Shown here piece by piece: positions 25,001 to 35,965 of a stretch of DNA of 64,000 nucleotides (within the stretch, counting starts at the first letter, position 1; each line of letters starts with the position of its first letter). The notes below the pieces were generated by a model, which was not told the DNA's origin, made no database searches, and saw nothing but the letters and a program-made list of their open reading frames with translations. A program made the translations under genes and the position numbers. The stretch comes from Mantamonas sphyraenae STR306 (Eukaryota > Protista > CRuMs), in assembly GCA_026936335.1 (NCBI GenBank), contig JAPMXV010000067.1, forward strand, positions 1-64,000, given 5' to 3'.

Positions 25001-28000
25001 CTCCATGCTGGCAACGGCACGGTTGCAGGACACGGTCTGCGTGTGGCACCGAATGGTGACGTGGTGGCAGGTGGCTTCCTGATTGGCGCCATGTTTGGCA
25101 CCAGCTCGCAGCCGGGCAACGTGCAGGACGCATGGGTGGCACGTTTCAACGGAAGCAACGGCGACCTGGTGTGGTCGCACGTGTTTGGCGGCTACGGCAC
25201 ATACGACTGGGTACACGACGTGGTGTTCCTCACCGACGAAACCAGCAACGACGTGGTGATCACAGGCATGACAAACGGCAACGTGACGCTGCCCGCATCG
25301 ATGGCCGGTGCGCCTGTCACGGCATGGCCGGTGATCCACGGCGGTGACGACGGCTTTGTGATGCGTCTGGGCGCCATGGATGGCAAGCCCAAGTGGGTGA
25401 CGGTGCTGGACCAGAGCGCAGCGAACGAGCTGGGCCACGGTGTGGCTGTGGCGTTGGGCGACGACGGTCTGTTGTACACATCGGGTCGCTCGCAAGATGA
25501 TCTTGCCCTGTGGCGCCTGACGCGCGAGGGCACCCTGGTGGACTCGTTGACGCTGGGTGGACCCACTGTGGAGTGGAGCAAGGGTGTGGTGCGCAGCTGC
25601 AACGGCCTGGTCTACGTGTCAGGATCCACGCACGGCGCGTTCCCGGGAATCGACACACCGCACGCCGGTGGCGAGGACATGGTGCTGCTGGCGTTGCAGA
25701 CCGCCACCTTTGGCCCTGTGGTAAACTTTACGCAGCCGAGCACATCGCTGACGTTGCTGGAAGGTGTGGACGCCACCATCAAAGCGACGGCGAGCGACCT
25801 TGACAGGAGCATCTTTTACGGCGTGCCGCGTCCGTATGCGGTGAATGTGACGTGCGAAGCGTGCACGTTGCATGCGCTGTGGATGCCTGGAGCCAACCAG
25901 ATGATGGAAGGCAATGGGACAAGCACGCTGCGCTTCATGGCGCACGAGGCCGAGTTTAACGCCTGGATGGGCGGCGCCGGTGTGCGCTACGTGCAGTGGA
26001 ACGAGTCCAATGTGGCGGTGGACACGGTGCGCATTGGCATGCGCCAGTACGACGGCGTGGCCAGTGTTGCGTCGCTGCCGGTGGTGGTGACACTTGTCAA
26101 CGATCCGGTCCATGTGCTCACGGGTCTGCCTTCGGGGCTGTACAACGTGAGCGAAGAGAGCGCGCTTCCGTTTGGCATTTCCGTCTCCGATGTGGATGCG
26201 GTGCTGGGCGACCTGAGCGTGCATGCCGAGGCCTCGCTGGGTACACTGCGTGTGTTTGCTGGCGTGACCTTTGCCGGCGCACAGGTGAGCGGAAACGACA
26301 CACACGTGCTGAACTTCAACGGCACGCTGGCGCAGGTGAACGCTGCCCTGCTCAGCATGGAGTACCTCGCAGGCAGTCTGCCCGGATTGGACATTGTGCG
26401 TGTCGTTGTGAGCGACAACGGCGCAGGTGGCATCGGTGAGGTGTCCACACGTACATTTGTGTTCAACGTGACCATCCCCAACTCGGGCAACGACCCCGTG
26501 CGCTTTGTGCACCTGCCGCCGTCCTGGTTCACCGTGGCTGAGGACAGCAGCTTCCACGTGCCCTTTATGCGCGTGGCAGACCCCGATGCCGCGGCTGGTG
26601 TGCTCACCCTCAACGTGAGTGCCACGCTGGGCACGGTGGAGCTGGCAGCCGGTGCCGCGGGCAACGGATCCGTGGTGGTGAACAACGGCACGCTGACGCA
26701 GATCAACGCGTTGCTGACAACACTCGTGTACCATGCGCCTGTGCATCACGTGGGTGGCGACACCGTGACTGTGGTGGTGAACGACAACGGCTTCACCGGC
26801 GGCCCTGCCACACAGGCCGTGTTTGTGCTCACTGTCAACGTCACCGCCGTGAACGACCCCGTGCACATTGTTGGCATGCCCACAGAGCTCACTGTGGACT
26901 ATTTGGACAGTGTGCACGTGGCAGGCATCTCTGTGACGGATGTGGATGCCGCACAGGTCGATGGCAACATGCGTTTGGTCATCAGTGCCACCCATGGACG
27001 CCTGTCGACGGTGTCGCATCCAGACAAGCTGCAAATCGATGTGGTGGGCACTTTGGGCTCCATCAACGCCCAGCTGGCCACCCTGCACTACGCAAGCGTC
27101 CCTGGCCTGTCCTCGGGTGTCGATCCCCTCGTCGTCAGCGTCTACGACCTGGGCAACCACGGCGCTGGACCGGCCTACTCGCGCCAGGCGGTGGTCAACG
27201 TCACCGTGGCGCCGTTTGTGCCCACGCTGACCTTTGTGGGCGCAGCCGGCGGCGACTGGAACGTCAGTGCCAACTGGGATGCCGGGCGTGTGCCCAACGC
27301 CACAGACAGTGTGCTGGTTCCCGCAAATGCCTCGGTGGTGCTTTCGCAGGCCACAGTGGCACGCGTGGACCGTGCGCTCGCTTGGGGCAACGTCACCGTG
27401 CTGTCAGGAAGCGTGCTGGAAATCGTGCGTGGCGCAGCTCTCGCAGGCGACACACACGTGCACGGCACAGGCAGCGTGGTGCAGGGTGCGTTCACTGGTG
27501 TTGCGCAGGACCCGCAACTGTGGATGAACACAGTGACACTGTCGGAAGGCGGTGGAGTGAGCGGAAACACGACGCAGCTGCGTGTGGTGAACATCCTGAC
27601 AAGCAACAACGGCGTGTTGAGCGTCGGTGTGAGCACACAGGTGCTGAATGCACGCGTGCCTGCGGGCGGTGTGCTTCAAGTGAACACCGACGTGCAGGTG
27701 ACGGGTGTGTTGGACATGGCATCCAACGCATGGCTGCGTGGAAACGGTGTGACGACGCTGACAGGCGCCGATCTCGGCGGCTCGATGCACACGCTGTCCC
27801 AGGCCCGTGTGAGCAGCCATGTGCATGCCTTTGGCTCCATGGCTGTGCACAACCTGGTGTGTGACAGCAACGCCATCGTGTCCATCTACGGCGAGGCCTC
27901 GCTGTACGGCTCGGTCAACGGCACCGCGGGTGCATGCGAGCTGCGTGTGATGGCAGGAGCCAACGTGACATTGGATGGTGTCGCCACCATGAACAGCAAG

Positions 28001-28429
28001 GTGACCATCATGCACGGCGCAACACTCAAGGGCAACCCTGCCGCACAACCGCCGTTGCGTGCATTCGCAGCGTGGCACGTGGAGGGACAGACGTCGCGTC
28101 TGCGTTTGCATGTGACTGCTTCCACAGTGACGTGGCTCAGCAACGCCGTCCTCGACGACCTCGTCGTGGCCCAGGGTGGCGAGGTGCGCGTCCACAACAC
28201 TGGCGCTCGCTTCGATGCCGTACACATCGGCCAGGGCGGTACTCTGCGTGTCCATGGATCCATGCAAGTGGGTACGTTGACGCTGCTCAGTGGCACGTGG
28301 GAGGTTCTGGGCTCTGTCAAGATGCTGGGCGCCCTGGACCTGCGCGACGGCAGCTTCCTGCGCCATGCAAATGCCACCGTCTATCTGGACACCCCAGTGT
28401 CCTTTGGAGTGGATGCTCAAGGCAAGTGA
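7089..28429 (+). CDS. Giant secreted protein, ~7066 aa; join(7089..7155,7296..28429); signal peptide, 12 SBBP-type seven-bladed beta-propellers, about 16 Ig/cadherin-like domains, C-terminal beta-solenoid
   Basis: The 21-kb ORF is uninterrupted. Exon 1 encodes the signal peptide MKPSRFFVTISLVLSLIALCAA; donor G|GTCCGT at 7156 and acceptor CTAG at 7295 join in phase (G+AC=Asp). Blade motif WxxQxGTxxxDxxxxVAVDxxGNxYVxGxTxGxxxGxxNAGxxDxFxxKxDxxG matches the SBBP repeat family. Linker domains read PPxVxGLP…SCxxC…NDT. Cadherin-like VNDP / SDVDA / GTLAQVNAAL / VSDNG domains lie at about 26.1-27.2 kb. N-x-S/T sequons are abundant. Confidence 0.9.
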
Positions 28430-28499
28430 TCTGCAGCAACGTGGAGATGAGGCTTTCAATCCATCCAGCAATGCACACGTCCATTTCCCCCCTCTCCCA

Positions 28500-31400
28500 C
28501 TACGACACCCACGGACTCCTGCACAGGGGACACTCGCTCTTGCCCGCACTGCTGAACCACTTGACCAAACACCCGGCGTGGAAGCGCATGTTCTTGCACA
28601 CCCTGCACTGCAGCTTGGGCATCTTGTTGGAAGCATCCATGACAGCGTAGCAAATGGGGCAAGGCTCCACTCCCGCAAACCGCTTGTCGACGCCACTCTT
28701 CCACAGCAGGATTGCGTCCAGTGCACTTCCGTCCCTGAATGCAACCAATGTGTGCATGGCCAACACCCACTGGCTGACCATCGCTTCGCTCATCCCCTTG
28801 TTCCCTCCCTTCACCGCACACACCTTGGCCACCTCCAGAGGGTACGCCTTGGGCAACTCCACACGCACCTGCAGCATCATTTCATCCACGCAGTACTCTG
28901 CTGCCACGGCTCCCCCACCTTCCACCCACACACGAAACTCTTCCGCCTCCGCCTCGTGATCCCGCGCGTACGCTCGCACCTGTTCCATCTCCGCTTCAAT
29001 CAACCCCTCGCTCAGACCGCTCTCCTCCACCACTCGCCGCACCTGCGCCACCACGCCCTTGTCTGCGTATCGCAACCACTCACGCAACTGCGCCGGCAGT
29101 CGCTGCACCGTCCAGCAGAACAGCCGTCCTGCCGTCCTTGCCAATGACTCGCTCCGCACCATCTCTTGCACCCAATCTCGCTTTTCCAGCCACTCGCTGC
29201 CTGTAGAGGCGCCTTGCACGCCCAGAAACGGCACGATGCACGACAACGCGTTGCCCAAAACACCCTCCTTGCTCACGTACTCCACCAGCTCGTTGCGAAC
29301 GTCCACCTCTTCCCAGCACGCCTCCAGCATCTCCAGCACCACACACCACCCACACATCATCCCAAACCGCTCACTGTGCAGCCGTTCGTAGTAGTCCACC
29401 GCATCTTCGATCTCCTCGTCTTCCATCACAATCGTCTCAAACACACGCGTGTCCTCCACCACTGCCGGCACCCTTCCCACAAATCCGTCCATGTTCCTCA
29501 TCACTGTCACGAAGCCACACTTTTGCACCCATTCTCCCTCCTCCTCCAAAAGACCGTACACGCGATCCACGTCCTCCGCGCCGCACACTCTGTCCACCAC
29601 TCCTTCCGTCAGCGCACTCACCACAACCCGTCCGCTCTCACGCCGCACCTCTCGCGACCCTTCCCCTTCCAGCAGCCGCGTCATGCACGCCGCACACACA
29701 CGCTCCACAACCTCCTGCTCCAATCCGCCAAGAGCCCTCTGCACACACCGAAGCACATCCACACGCTCTTCCACGCCCCAACGCTCCACCACTGCTCCCA
29801 ACACACTCCACTCGTGCGCGCCCACGTGTGCCTTTTGTGTGGGCAGCAACACACGCTCCCAAAACACGCACAGGCCATCCGCCACGCTCGCCTCCTCCAG
29901 CGCCTGCCTGCCCACCAGGGCACAAACTTGCTTCCCGACATCCAAAACGTCTTCGTCCCGCAAGTCCCCGTCCTCTTCACCCTCGTTCGACGACGCAAAG
30001 CAGTGGCTGAGCATCGACAACGCTCGGCCCATGTTGCTATTGCCCGCCTCAAACGCTTCCAAGCAGTGCAGCCGGAACTTGAGCATTTCCTGGCTCGCAG
30101 ACACATACTTGGCCAGTGTTGGCATGATAAACGCCACCAACTGTCGCCCCGTTTCACTTTCAAACGACCACACCGCCGGATGGCCCGTGACCTGGCCAAA
30201 CACGCCCTTCGCCGCCATCAGTCGCTCCATCGAGCTTTCTTCCCCTCCAAACACCGCGTCTTCCAACACCAGCTTCAGCGCCCCGGCTCCCACCTCCCCT
30301 TCCTCCACCGCCCAGTTTACACACGTTTCCACCAGCCTCTCCTGTACGCTTGCGGACATCGTGCGCAGCAGCGGCACCATCTCGCCGCGCCAAAACTCCA
30401 CCAATGGCTCCAAGAGGTACGTTTGGCCCAGTGGCGAGCGCAGGGCGCGACGCAGAAACGTACCTGCCCCCGCATCCGACCCGCTGCGCGACATTTGCAC
30501 CACTTTGTACAGATCGCCGGTCCACTGTTGCAACACCGTCACCACCGCCGCCTCCTCCGCTTCCTCGTTGCCCATGCCCACCTCCTCCAGAACCATTTTC
30601 ACACTGAACAGCATGCGCAGCACCACGCGACCATCCCGCTCCACTCCCCGTCTCGCTTCCACCATCTTTGCCGCCACACGCATGGCGCTTTCACCGATGC
30701 CCATCACCACCTCGTGCACAAGGGTCTCGTTGTACAGTCTGCTCGTGTCCTCAATGCTTTCGCACACCACAGCCACCTGCTCGTCCACAAACCGGCCGTC
30801 GCTGCGGTTCACAAAATCGCTCCCCACTCGACGCCACACTTCCCGTGCCACTTTGCCCACAGGCGACTGCGTCACGTACCAAATGCTTGCTGCTTGCGCC
30901 TCAAAGTCCTTGATGGATCGCAGCGAGTCCAGCAGCGAGTCCATGCTCAGCGTCGCGTGTTCCAGAATCTCCGCCTTGTCCATCCTTTGTCCACCCGCAC
31001 GGCCCTTGCGCTTGCGTCCACCTCCGTCTGCGCTGCTGATCATCTGGGTTTCCATCTGCAGTGCAAACACCTTGCGCGCCACATGCCACACCGTCTCTAC
31101 GTCCACATGGTGTGCTGCCAACAAGGCCTCGGCCACAGAAAACACGCGCGCCGTCTCTTCGCTCACCACAAACCCCTCGCTCGTGCCGCTCACTGTGTCC
31201 AGCGAACTCTCCACAGCCTCCACCACCCTCTGCAGCAGCGACTCCTCCACCACGTGTGCACCTGCAGGTGCACGCACACGGAGCACAGCCTCCACCACAC
31301 TCATCTCCTCGGCTCCCAGAGCATCCTCCACAAGTGCTTGCACGTGTGGCAGATCCTTCGCACTCATATGCTCCATCGCTGGCGCTGCACCCACAAATTC

Positions 31401-33224
31401 GCCCACAAACTCACGTGGCACCTGCAACAGCGGTCCATCCAACAGTCCCGCCACATCCTGCGCTTCACTGCCCCAAAAGTACAGCGCTGCGCCTGCCCTT
31501 GTCCCTTTCAGCACCCCCTGCAACCCCACCTCTCGCGCTTCGTCAACCTCCATCAGCGCCGCCTCGCTGCCGCACACCACATCCGCGAGTTCCTCCAGCT
31601 TCTCTTCCTGTGCCAACCTCGTGGCCATGCTCCTCCCAATTTGCACCCCTGTGGCCCGTGTGTGTTCTGCCCTCACCAGCGCCTGCACAAACTGCCGCGC
31701 CTCGCGTGTGTCTGTACATGCCACATGCGCCTCCAGCACCGCCCCTGCTGCCTCCATGGCATCCACCAGACGCACGCCGCGTGCTGCGTGCCCATACAGA
31801 GTGTCCAGCAGACCCACCACCTCGTCTGCCGCAATGCCGTGCGGTTGCACCACCGCCACGCACAGTCGTTCCACCCACTCCTCCACGACGTGCCTTTCCC
31901 AAGCCACACTGCCCACCTCTTCGCCCCACCGCACCAGAATCAACAACAGCACGTCGCACAGAGCCTCTGTCTCCCCGGCTGCCCAAAGTGCATCCGGTAC
32001 ACGCCGCACCACATTCAGCGGCTCCCGTTGCGTTTTCAGATTCCCACTCTTTTTCTTCTTCTTTCCCTTCTTGCTGCTCTTGCCTGAATCCTGTCCAACG
32101 CTCTCTTTCTGGCCACCCTGGCCATCCTGGCCATCCAACACGATCCCCGGCGCCTTGACCGGCAGTCTACTGAGCAGCGTCACCACCGCTTCATACGTCC
32201 CCTCCGCCACATGTCCCTCTTCCAGCGTACGCACCAGCTCGTGGGCCAGCCACAACGGCGCGGTGTCGTGCTCAGCAAACGCCAACCCCACCTCGGCCGA
32301 CTCGGCCACAGCCACCACCGTCGCCCACGCCTCGGCTTGCAACGAAGCAACTTCTTCCTCCACCGCCCTGATGGTTGCCGTCAGCACCGCGTCCAGCCCT
32401 CGCTCCACCACCACCTGTCCAGACAGCGCACACGCTGTGCGCATGAAACTGTACATCGCCCTGCGCACAACCGTCAACTTGCTTCGTGCAAGCTTGAAAA
32501 AGAAGCTCGCTTCGTACAGCGCCCCGAGCTCCTCCGCCACAACCTCCACCGACGACACCTCTCGCAGCACAAACTCCAGTGCCGCCAACGTGCACGACTG
32601 CACACGGCCCAGCTTCTCCGCCACCTCCGTCTCGTTCAGCGCCCGGTCCAGGCCCACCGCCGATTCCGTCAGCCGAAGATTTTCCTCGAAACGAAAGAAC
32701 AGCTCGCCCCGCGCAAACTCCAGCAGCGCCGCACGGCTCTTCACCTGCAACGCTCCCATGGCCTCTTCCGCTGCACGTCGCACACTTGCCACTGGGTCGT
32801 GCACATTGCACAGCCACGCAGGCAGCACCAGCCGCAGATGCGGAGCGTACGCCTTTCCCATACGTGTCACCAGCGTGCCGTGACACACGTTCAGCGTCTC
32901 GCGTACACGACGGTCCACGTCGCTGCTCACCTTTGTGTACGCTGCACTCCACGGTGCCATCGCCAGCTCCAGCTCCTCGTTGCTCAGCTCTTCAAACAGC
33001 GCCTTTAGCGCCCCGAGTGCCTTCAGCTTTGTCGTCGCGTCCTTCTTGCCCAGTCGACGGATGCCTACTTGCACGTCTGCATTCAGGTTGACGTCAAACA
33101 GCTCAAGTTCGTTGGTCGTTGACGCCGAGCTCGAGCCGCCTGCCGCCGCCGCAAAACCCACGAATCCACCCCCAGCATACGCAGTGCTACTCGCTGCCTT
33201 TTGACCTTTCTTCTGTCGCGACAT
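28500..33224 (-). CDS. LTN1: E3 ubiquitin ligase listerin (ribosome quality control)
   Basis: N-terminal GFVGF and RRLGKKDATTKLKAL, SSDVDRRVRE motif, RWD-like ELPKAYPL, and C-terminal RING CPICY…CRVCKNMRFHAGCLVKWFSSAGKSECPLCR. First ATG at 33224. Confidence 0.95.
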   Translation of the reverse strand: MSRQKKGQKAASSTAYAGGGFVGFAAAAGGSSSASTTNELELFDVNLNADVQVGIRRLGKKDATTKLKALGALKALFEELSNEELELAMAPWSAAYTKVSSDVDRRVRETLNVCHGTLVTRMGKAYAPHLRLVLPAWLCNVHDPVASVRRAAEEAMGALQVKSRAALLEFARGELFFRFEENLRLTESAVGLDRALNETEVAEKLGRVQSCTLAALEFVLREVSSVEVVAEELGALYEASFFFKLARSKLTVVRRAMYSFMRTACALSGQVVVERGLDAVLTATIRAVEEEVASLQAEAWATVVAVAESAEVGLAFAEHDTAPLWLAHELVRTLEEGHVAEGTYEAVVTLLSRLPVKAPGIVLDGQDGQGGQKESVGQDSGKSSKKGKKKKKSGNLKTQREPLNVVRRVPDALWAAGETEALCDVLLLILVRWGEEVGSVAWERHVVEEWVERLCVAVVQPHGIAADEVVGLLDTLYGHAARGVRLVDAMEAAGAVLEAHVACTDTREARQFVQALVRAEHTRATGVQIGRSMATRLAQEEKLEELADVVCGSEAALMEVDEAREVGLQGVLKGTRAGAALYFWGSEAQDVAGLLDGPLLQVPREFVGEFVGAAPAMEHMSAKDLPHVQALVEDALGAEEMSVVEAVLRVRAPAGAHVVEESLLQRVVEAVESSLDTVSGTSEGFVVSEETARVFSVAEALLAAHHVDVETVWHVARKVFALQMETQMISSADGGGRKRKGRAGGQRMDKAEILEHATLSMDSLLDSLRSIKDFEAQAASIWYVTQSPVGKVAREVWRRVGSDFVNRSDGRFVDEQVAVVCESIEDTSRLYNETLVHEVVMGIGESAMRVAAKMVEARRGVERDGRVVLRMLFSVKMVLEEVGMGNEEAEEAAVVTVLQQWTGDLYKVVQMSRSGSDAGAGTFLRRALRSPLGQTYLLEPLVEFWRGEMVPLLRTMSASVQERLVETCVNWAVEEGEVGAGALKLVLEDAVFGGEESSMERLMAAKGVFGQVTGHPAVWSFESETGRQLVAFIMPTLAKYVSASQEMLKFRLHCLEAFEAGNSNMGRALSMLSHCFASSNEGEEDGDLRDEDVLDVGKQVCALVGRQALEEASVADGLCVFWERVLLPTQKAHVGAHEWSVLGAVVERWGVEERVDVLRCVQRALGGLEQEVVERVCAACMTRLLEGEGSREVRRESGRVVVSALTEGVVDRVCGAEDVDRVYGLLEEEGEWVQKCGFVTVMRNMDGFVGRVPAVVEDTRVFETIVMEDEEIEDAVDYYERLHSERFGMMCGWCVVLEMLEACWEEVDVRNELVEYVSKEGVLGNALSCIVPFLGVQGASTGSEWLEKRDWVQEMVRSESLARTAGRLFCWTVQRLPAQLREWLRYADKGVVAQVRRVVEESGLSEGLIEAEMEQVRAYARDHEAEAEEFRVWVEGGGAVAAEYCVDEMMLQVRVELPKAYPLEVAKVCAVKGGNKGMSEAMVSQWVLAMHTLVAFRDGSALDAILLWKSGVDKRFAGVEPCPICYAVMDASNKMPKLQCRVCKNMRFHAGCLVKWFSSAGKSECPLCRSPWVS

Positions 33225-33275
33225 TTCCTGTTTACTTTTCTTCTTCGGAGAGCGGTCGTTGCCCCGCACGGCGCA

Positions 33276-35188
33276 TCACTCGACTGTCTGGTAGGAATTC
33301 TTCGTTCCACCCAATGCACTCAACGCGTTGTCGCCGCCGGCCCCCTCTGGCTCTTCGTCATCCATGTCCTTCCCTGCAGTCTCGCGCAACATCAGCGCCA
33401 GCAGCGACGACACAACCGACGCAGCACCATAAATCCCAAGAGGCACTCCTGTTCCGTCGCGCACGAGCACCTGCGCCACATACGGCGTCACCATGCCACC
33501 CACGCGACTCAACGAGCTGCATGTGCCCAGCGCCGTCGAGCGCACCCGTGTAGGGAACGACTCGGGCGTCAACACATACGTTGCCTGGAACCCGCCTGCA
33601 ATCATTGCACGCAGCACAAAGCTGAACACCGCCTCGGTGGGACGCCCAAAGCACGGGATGAGCAGGAAGCACATCAACCCGGCAATCATAAACTCCAGAC
33701 TCAGCGTCTTTTTGCGTCCCAGCCTGTCGATGAACAACACCGTGAAAATCAGGCCCGGCGCCTCGGCTGCACTCGTCACAAGCACCTCAATGTAGTCTTC
33801 CACTGGCAGAGAGCACGCCTGCACACCGCTACGCACCAACGGTTCAACCCCGTACTCGGGACACCGGTTCCCTGCGCGCTCTTCAATCAACAGCTCGTTC
33901 ACCATCAACACCGAACCGTAGTACACAAACGAGTTGGCAAACCACAGAAACCACAGCAGCAGCGTGTTCTTGCGCACCCCGGGCTTGAACAGCTCCCTCA
34001 CGTCGCCCACCTCGTGGCCGTCCTGCGTCGCCGCGCTTTCGCTCACTCCCAGCGTCCAGCCTTCGCTTAGCTGCACTCCGTTCGCCTCTGCAGCCTGATC
34101 CAGCACGCGCTTGGCTCCCTCCAGGTCGCCTCGTGCAAGCAGGTAGCGTGGCGACTCTGGAAGCACCGGGTACAGCAGACAAAGGATCAGGAGGGGCACC
34201 GCCGAAAAGATCAGCAGCCAGCGCCAGCCCAGCGTGGGCATCACCAACGCGGCAATGCCACTCTCAAAGATTGTACCCACCGTCCAAAAGATCTCAATGG
34301 CCACCAAGTACCTTCCTCGCTTACTTGCTGGCAGAAACTCTGCGAAAAGCGTGAACGCCACGTGTGCACCCGCTGCGCCCACACCCACCATGAACCGCAG
34401 CAGCAGCAGCCACTCAAACGACGGCGCAAACGCAGATGCAATCCCAAACACCAGCGTAAACACGCCTGTGCACAGGTAGCCCATTCGCCGACCGTACTTG
34501 TCTCCGATCCAACCCCACAGCGACGCACCCACAAGCATGCCCAGAAACACAAACTGCTCGCATGTAATCCCACACACACACATGGTCGCACACGTGTCAG
34601 CCACACACATCTCCTCTGGCTTCACCATGTCGGCAAGTTCCGCTCGCCCCCTCGTAGCCGCCAACACCTCACCGCGCCTTCCCCTCGCGTCCCCAGCAGC
34701 TCCCACCAGCCTCTTCTCGCACCCCACACCAATCCCATCTCCATGCCATGCCCCACACACCCCTGTGCTCTCCCCGCTCGCACAAAGAGGGTTTTGCTCA
34801 TACCGTCGAGATCATCGCTTCCTGCTCTCGCGTCAGCGCCCATTCACACCGGATGGCCGGCGAGAGAATGCTCAACACCATCAGTTCCATGGCGTCGGCC
34901 ATCTGTGTGGCACATCCACGCACACATGTCAGTGGTCCGCTGCCAATTTCCGCGCCCGGAGCCCACCCCTCTCCAAAAAACCCCGCCACAACCTACCCAA
35001 CAAAGACCTGACAACAACATCATTTTGGCTTGGAACCTGCCAAAGCCCAGCTCGTCCACAACCTCTTCCACAGAGTACACGCGTGCCGGTCCGCCGTCGC
35101 TACCCGAATCACGAAACGTCTGCGCCGCCATGGCGTGTGACCGCTCCTCCTCCTCCAGCTCACTCATGTCTCCATCACCATGCATCAT
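33276..35188 (-). CDS. SVOP-like MFS organic cation transporter; complement(join(33276..34553,34804..34902,34997..35188))
   Basis: Motifs VDELGFGRFQ, MADAMELMVLS, GWIGDKYGRR, PESPRYL, DRLGRKKT, ESFPTRVRSTALG. Two phase-0 GT-AG introns (34903..34996 and 34554..34803) link three ORF fragments. Confidence 0.92.
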
Positions 35189-35603
35189 TCAAATTGGGCT
35201 GGGTTTTGTTGTTCACAATCGCGCGCTCTCCACACACAGCCCCAACCTGCTCCCACAACCAGAAACAAACAGACCCCTGCGTGCTGCGCGGGCCGCGCCT
35301 GACCCTTGCCAGCAGTCGCATTTGATCCTTGTCTGTCCGCTTCTTTGTTTCCAACGGTGCTCTCGCTCCCGCCAAGCTCAGACGCAGCTGTCCCGTGCGC
35401 AGCAGCAGATCTCGCGCCGCCCGCTCAAAAATGTGGTTTCCAGCCCCGTCGTCATAGCTTTGTGGTCCCAGTGTTGTTGCTTTCGTTGGTGCGCCTCTTG
35501 CTTTGAGCTCCCGGCATGTTGTCATCCTTGGAAACACGCCCCACAACCCACCCGTCCTTTCGCCTGCTTGCTTCCATCCCCCGAAAATCCCCCCGTCGGC
35601 CAA

Positions 35604-35903
35604 TCACCCTTTCCACTCGCCGTTGATCCACGCCTCGATTGTCTCCTCCAAATCATCTGCATCCACGTGCATGTGTGTTGCAAGCTTGCTGTAGAGGAGG
35701 TCGCCGTTCTCTGTCGTCACCTCAAACGCACCCGTTCGCGGTTTCGGGGTCTTCACATTTCCACTCCACTCGATGGCCACGTTGGCCACCTCTGGCAGGT
35801 CCAAGGCAAGGGCGCGGTACCTTGGACCGTAGTTTCACTTGATGCAGTACTCCACATGCAGAGCCAATGTTTTCAAGGCCTGTTTGCCGTTCGACGAGGA
35901 CAT
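35604..35903 (-). CDS. Selenoprotein W-like Rdx-family protein, 99 aa, with in-frame UGA (Sec) at 35837-35835 in a CxxU motif
   Basis: Manual translation: MSSSNGKQALKTLALHVEYCIK-U-NYGPRYRALALDLPEV…PRTGAFEVTTENGDLLYSKL…WKG*. VEYCxxU-xY and (T)GAFEV…LxxSKL are the SelW/SelT/SelH Rdx signatures. Confidence 0.9.
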
Positions 35904-35965
35904 CCTTCGTTTCGCTTTCCACTTGCTCCACCTGCGCCCTGCCACCCACCCACACTCTCCTGCCC

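Noticed and set aside
7089-28429. Bacterial contamination or mis-assembly as the source of the giant ORF
   Set aside because: It has a spliceosomal-type intron after a signal-peptide exon, many N-glycosylation sequons and composition continuous with its neighbours, and it sits between a telomere and eukaryotic LTN1.
28421-28436. Possible GC-AG donor (AG|GCAAGT) that could extend the giant protein to a membrane anchor
   Set aside because: The nearest AG gives an implausible 15-nt intron, and the convergent LTN1 stop is only 70 bp away, leaving no room for an exon. RNA-seq would settle it.
35175-35603. 142-aa ORF in frame directly after the SelW-like stop (possible second UGA read-through)
   Set aside because: The Rdx domain is already complete at 35604, the extension has no recognisable features, and it would overlap the MFS start. 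More likely 3' UTR.
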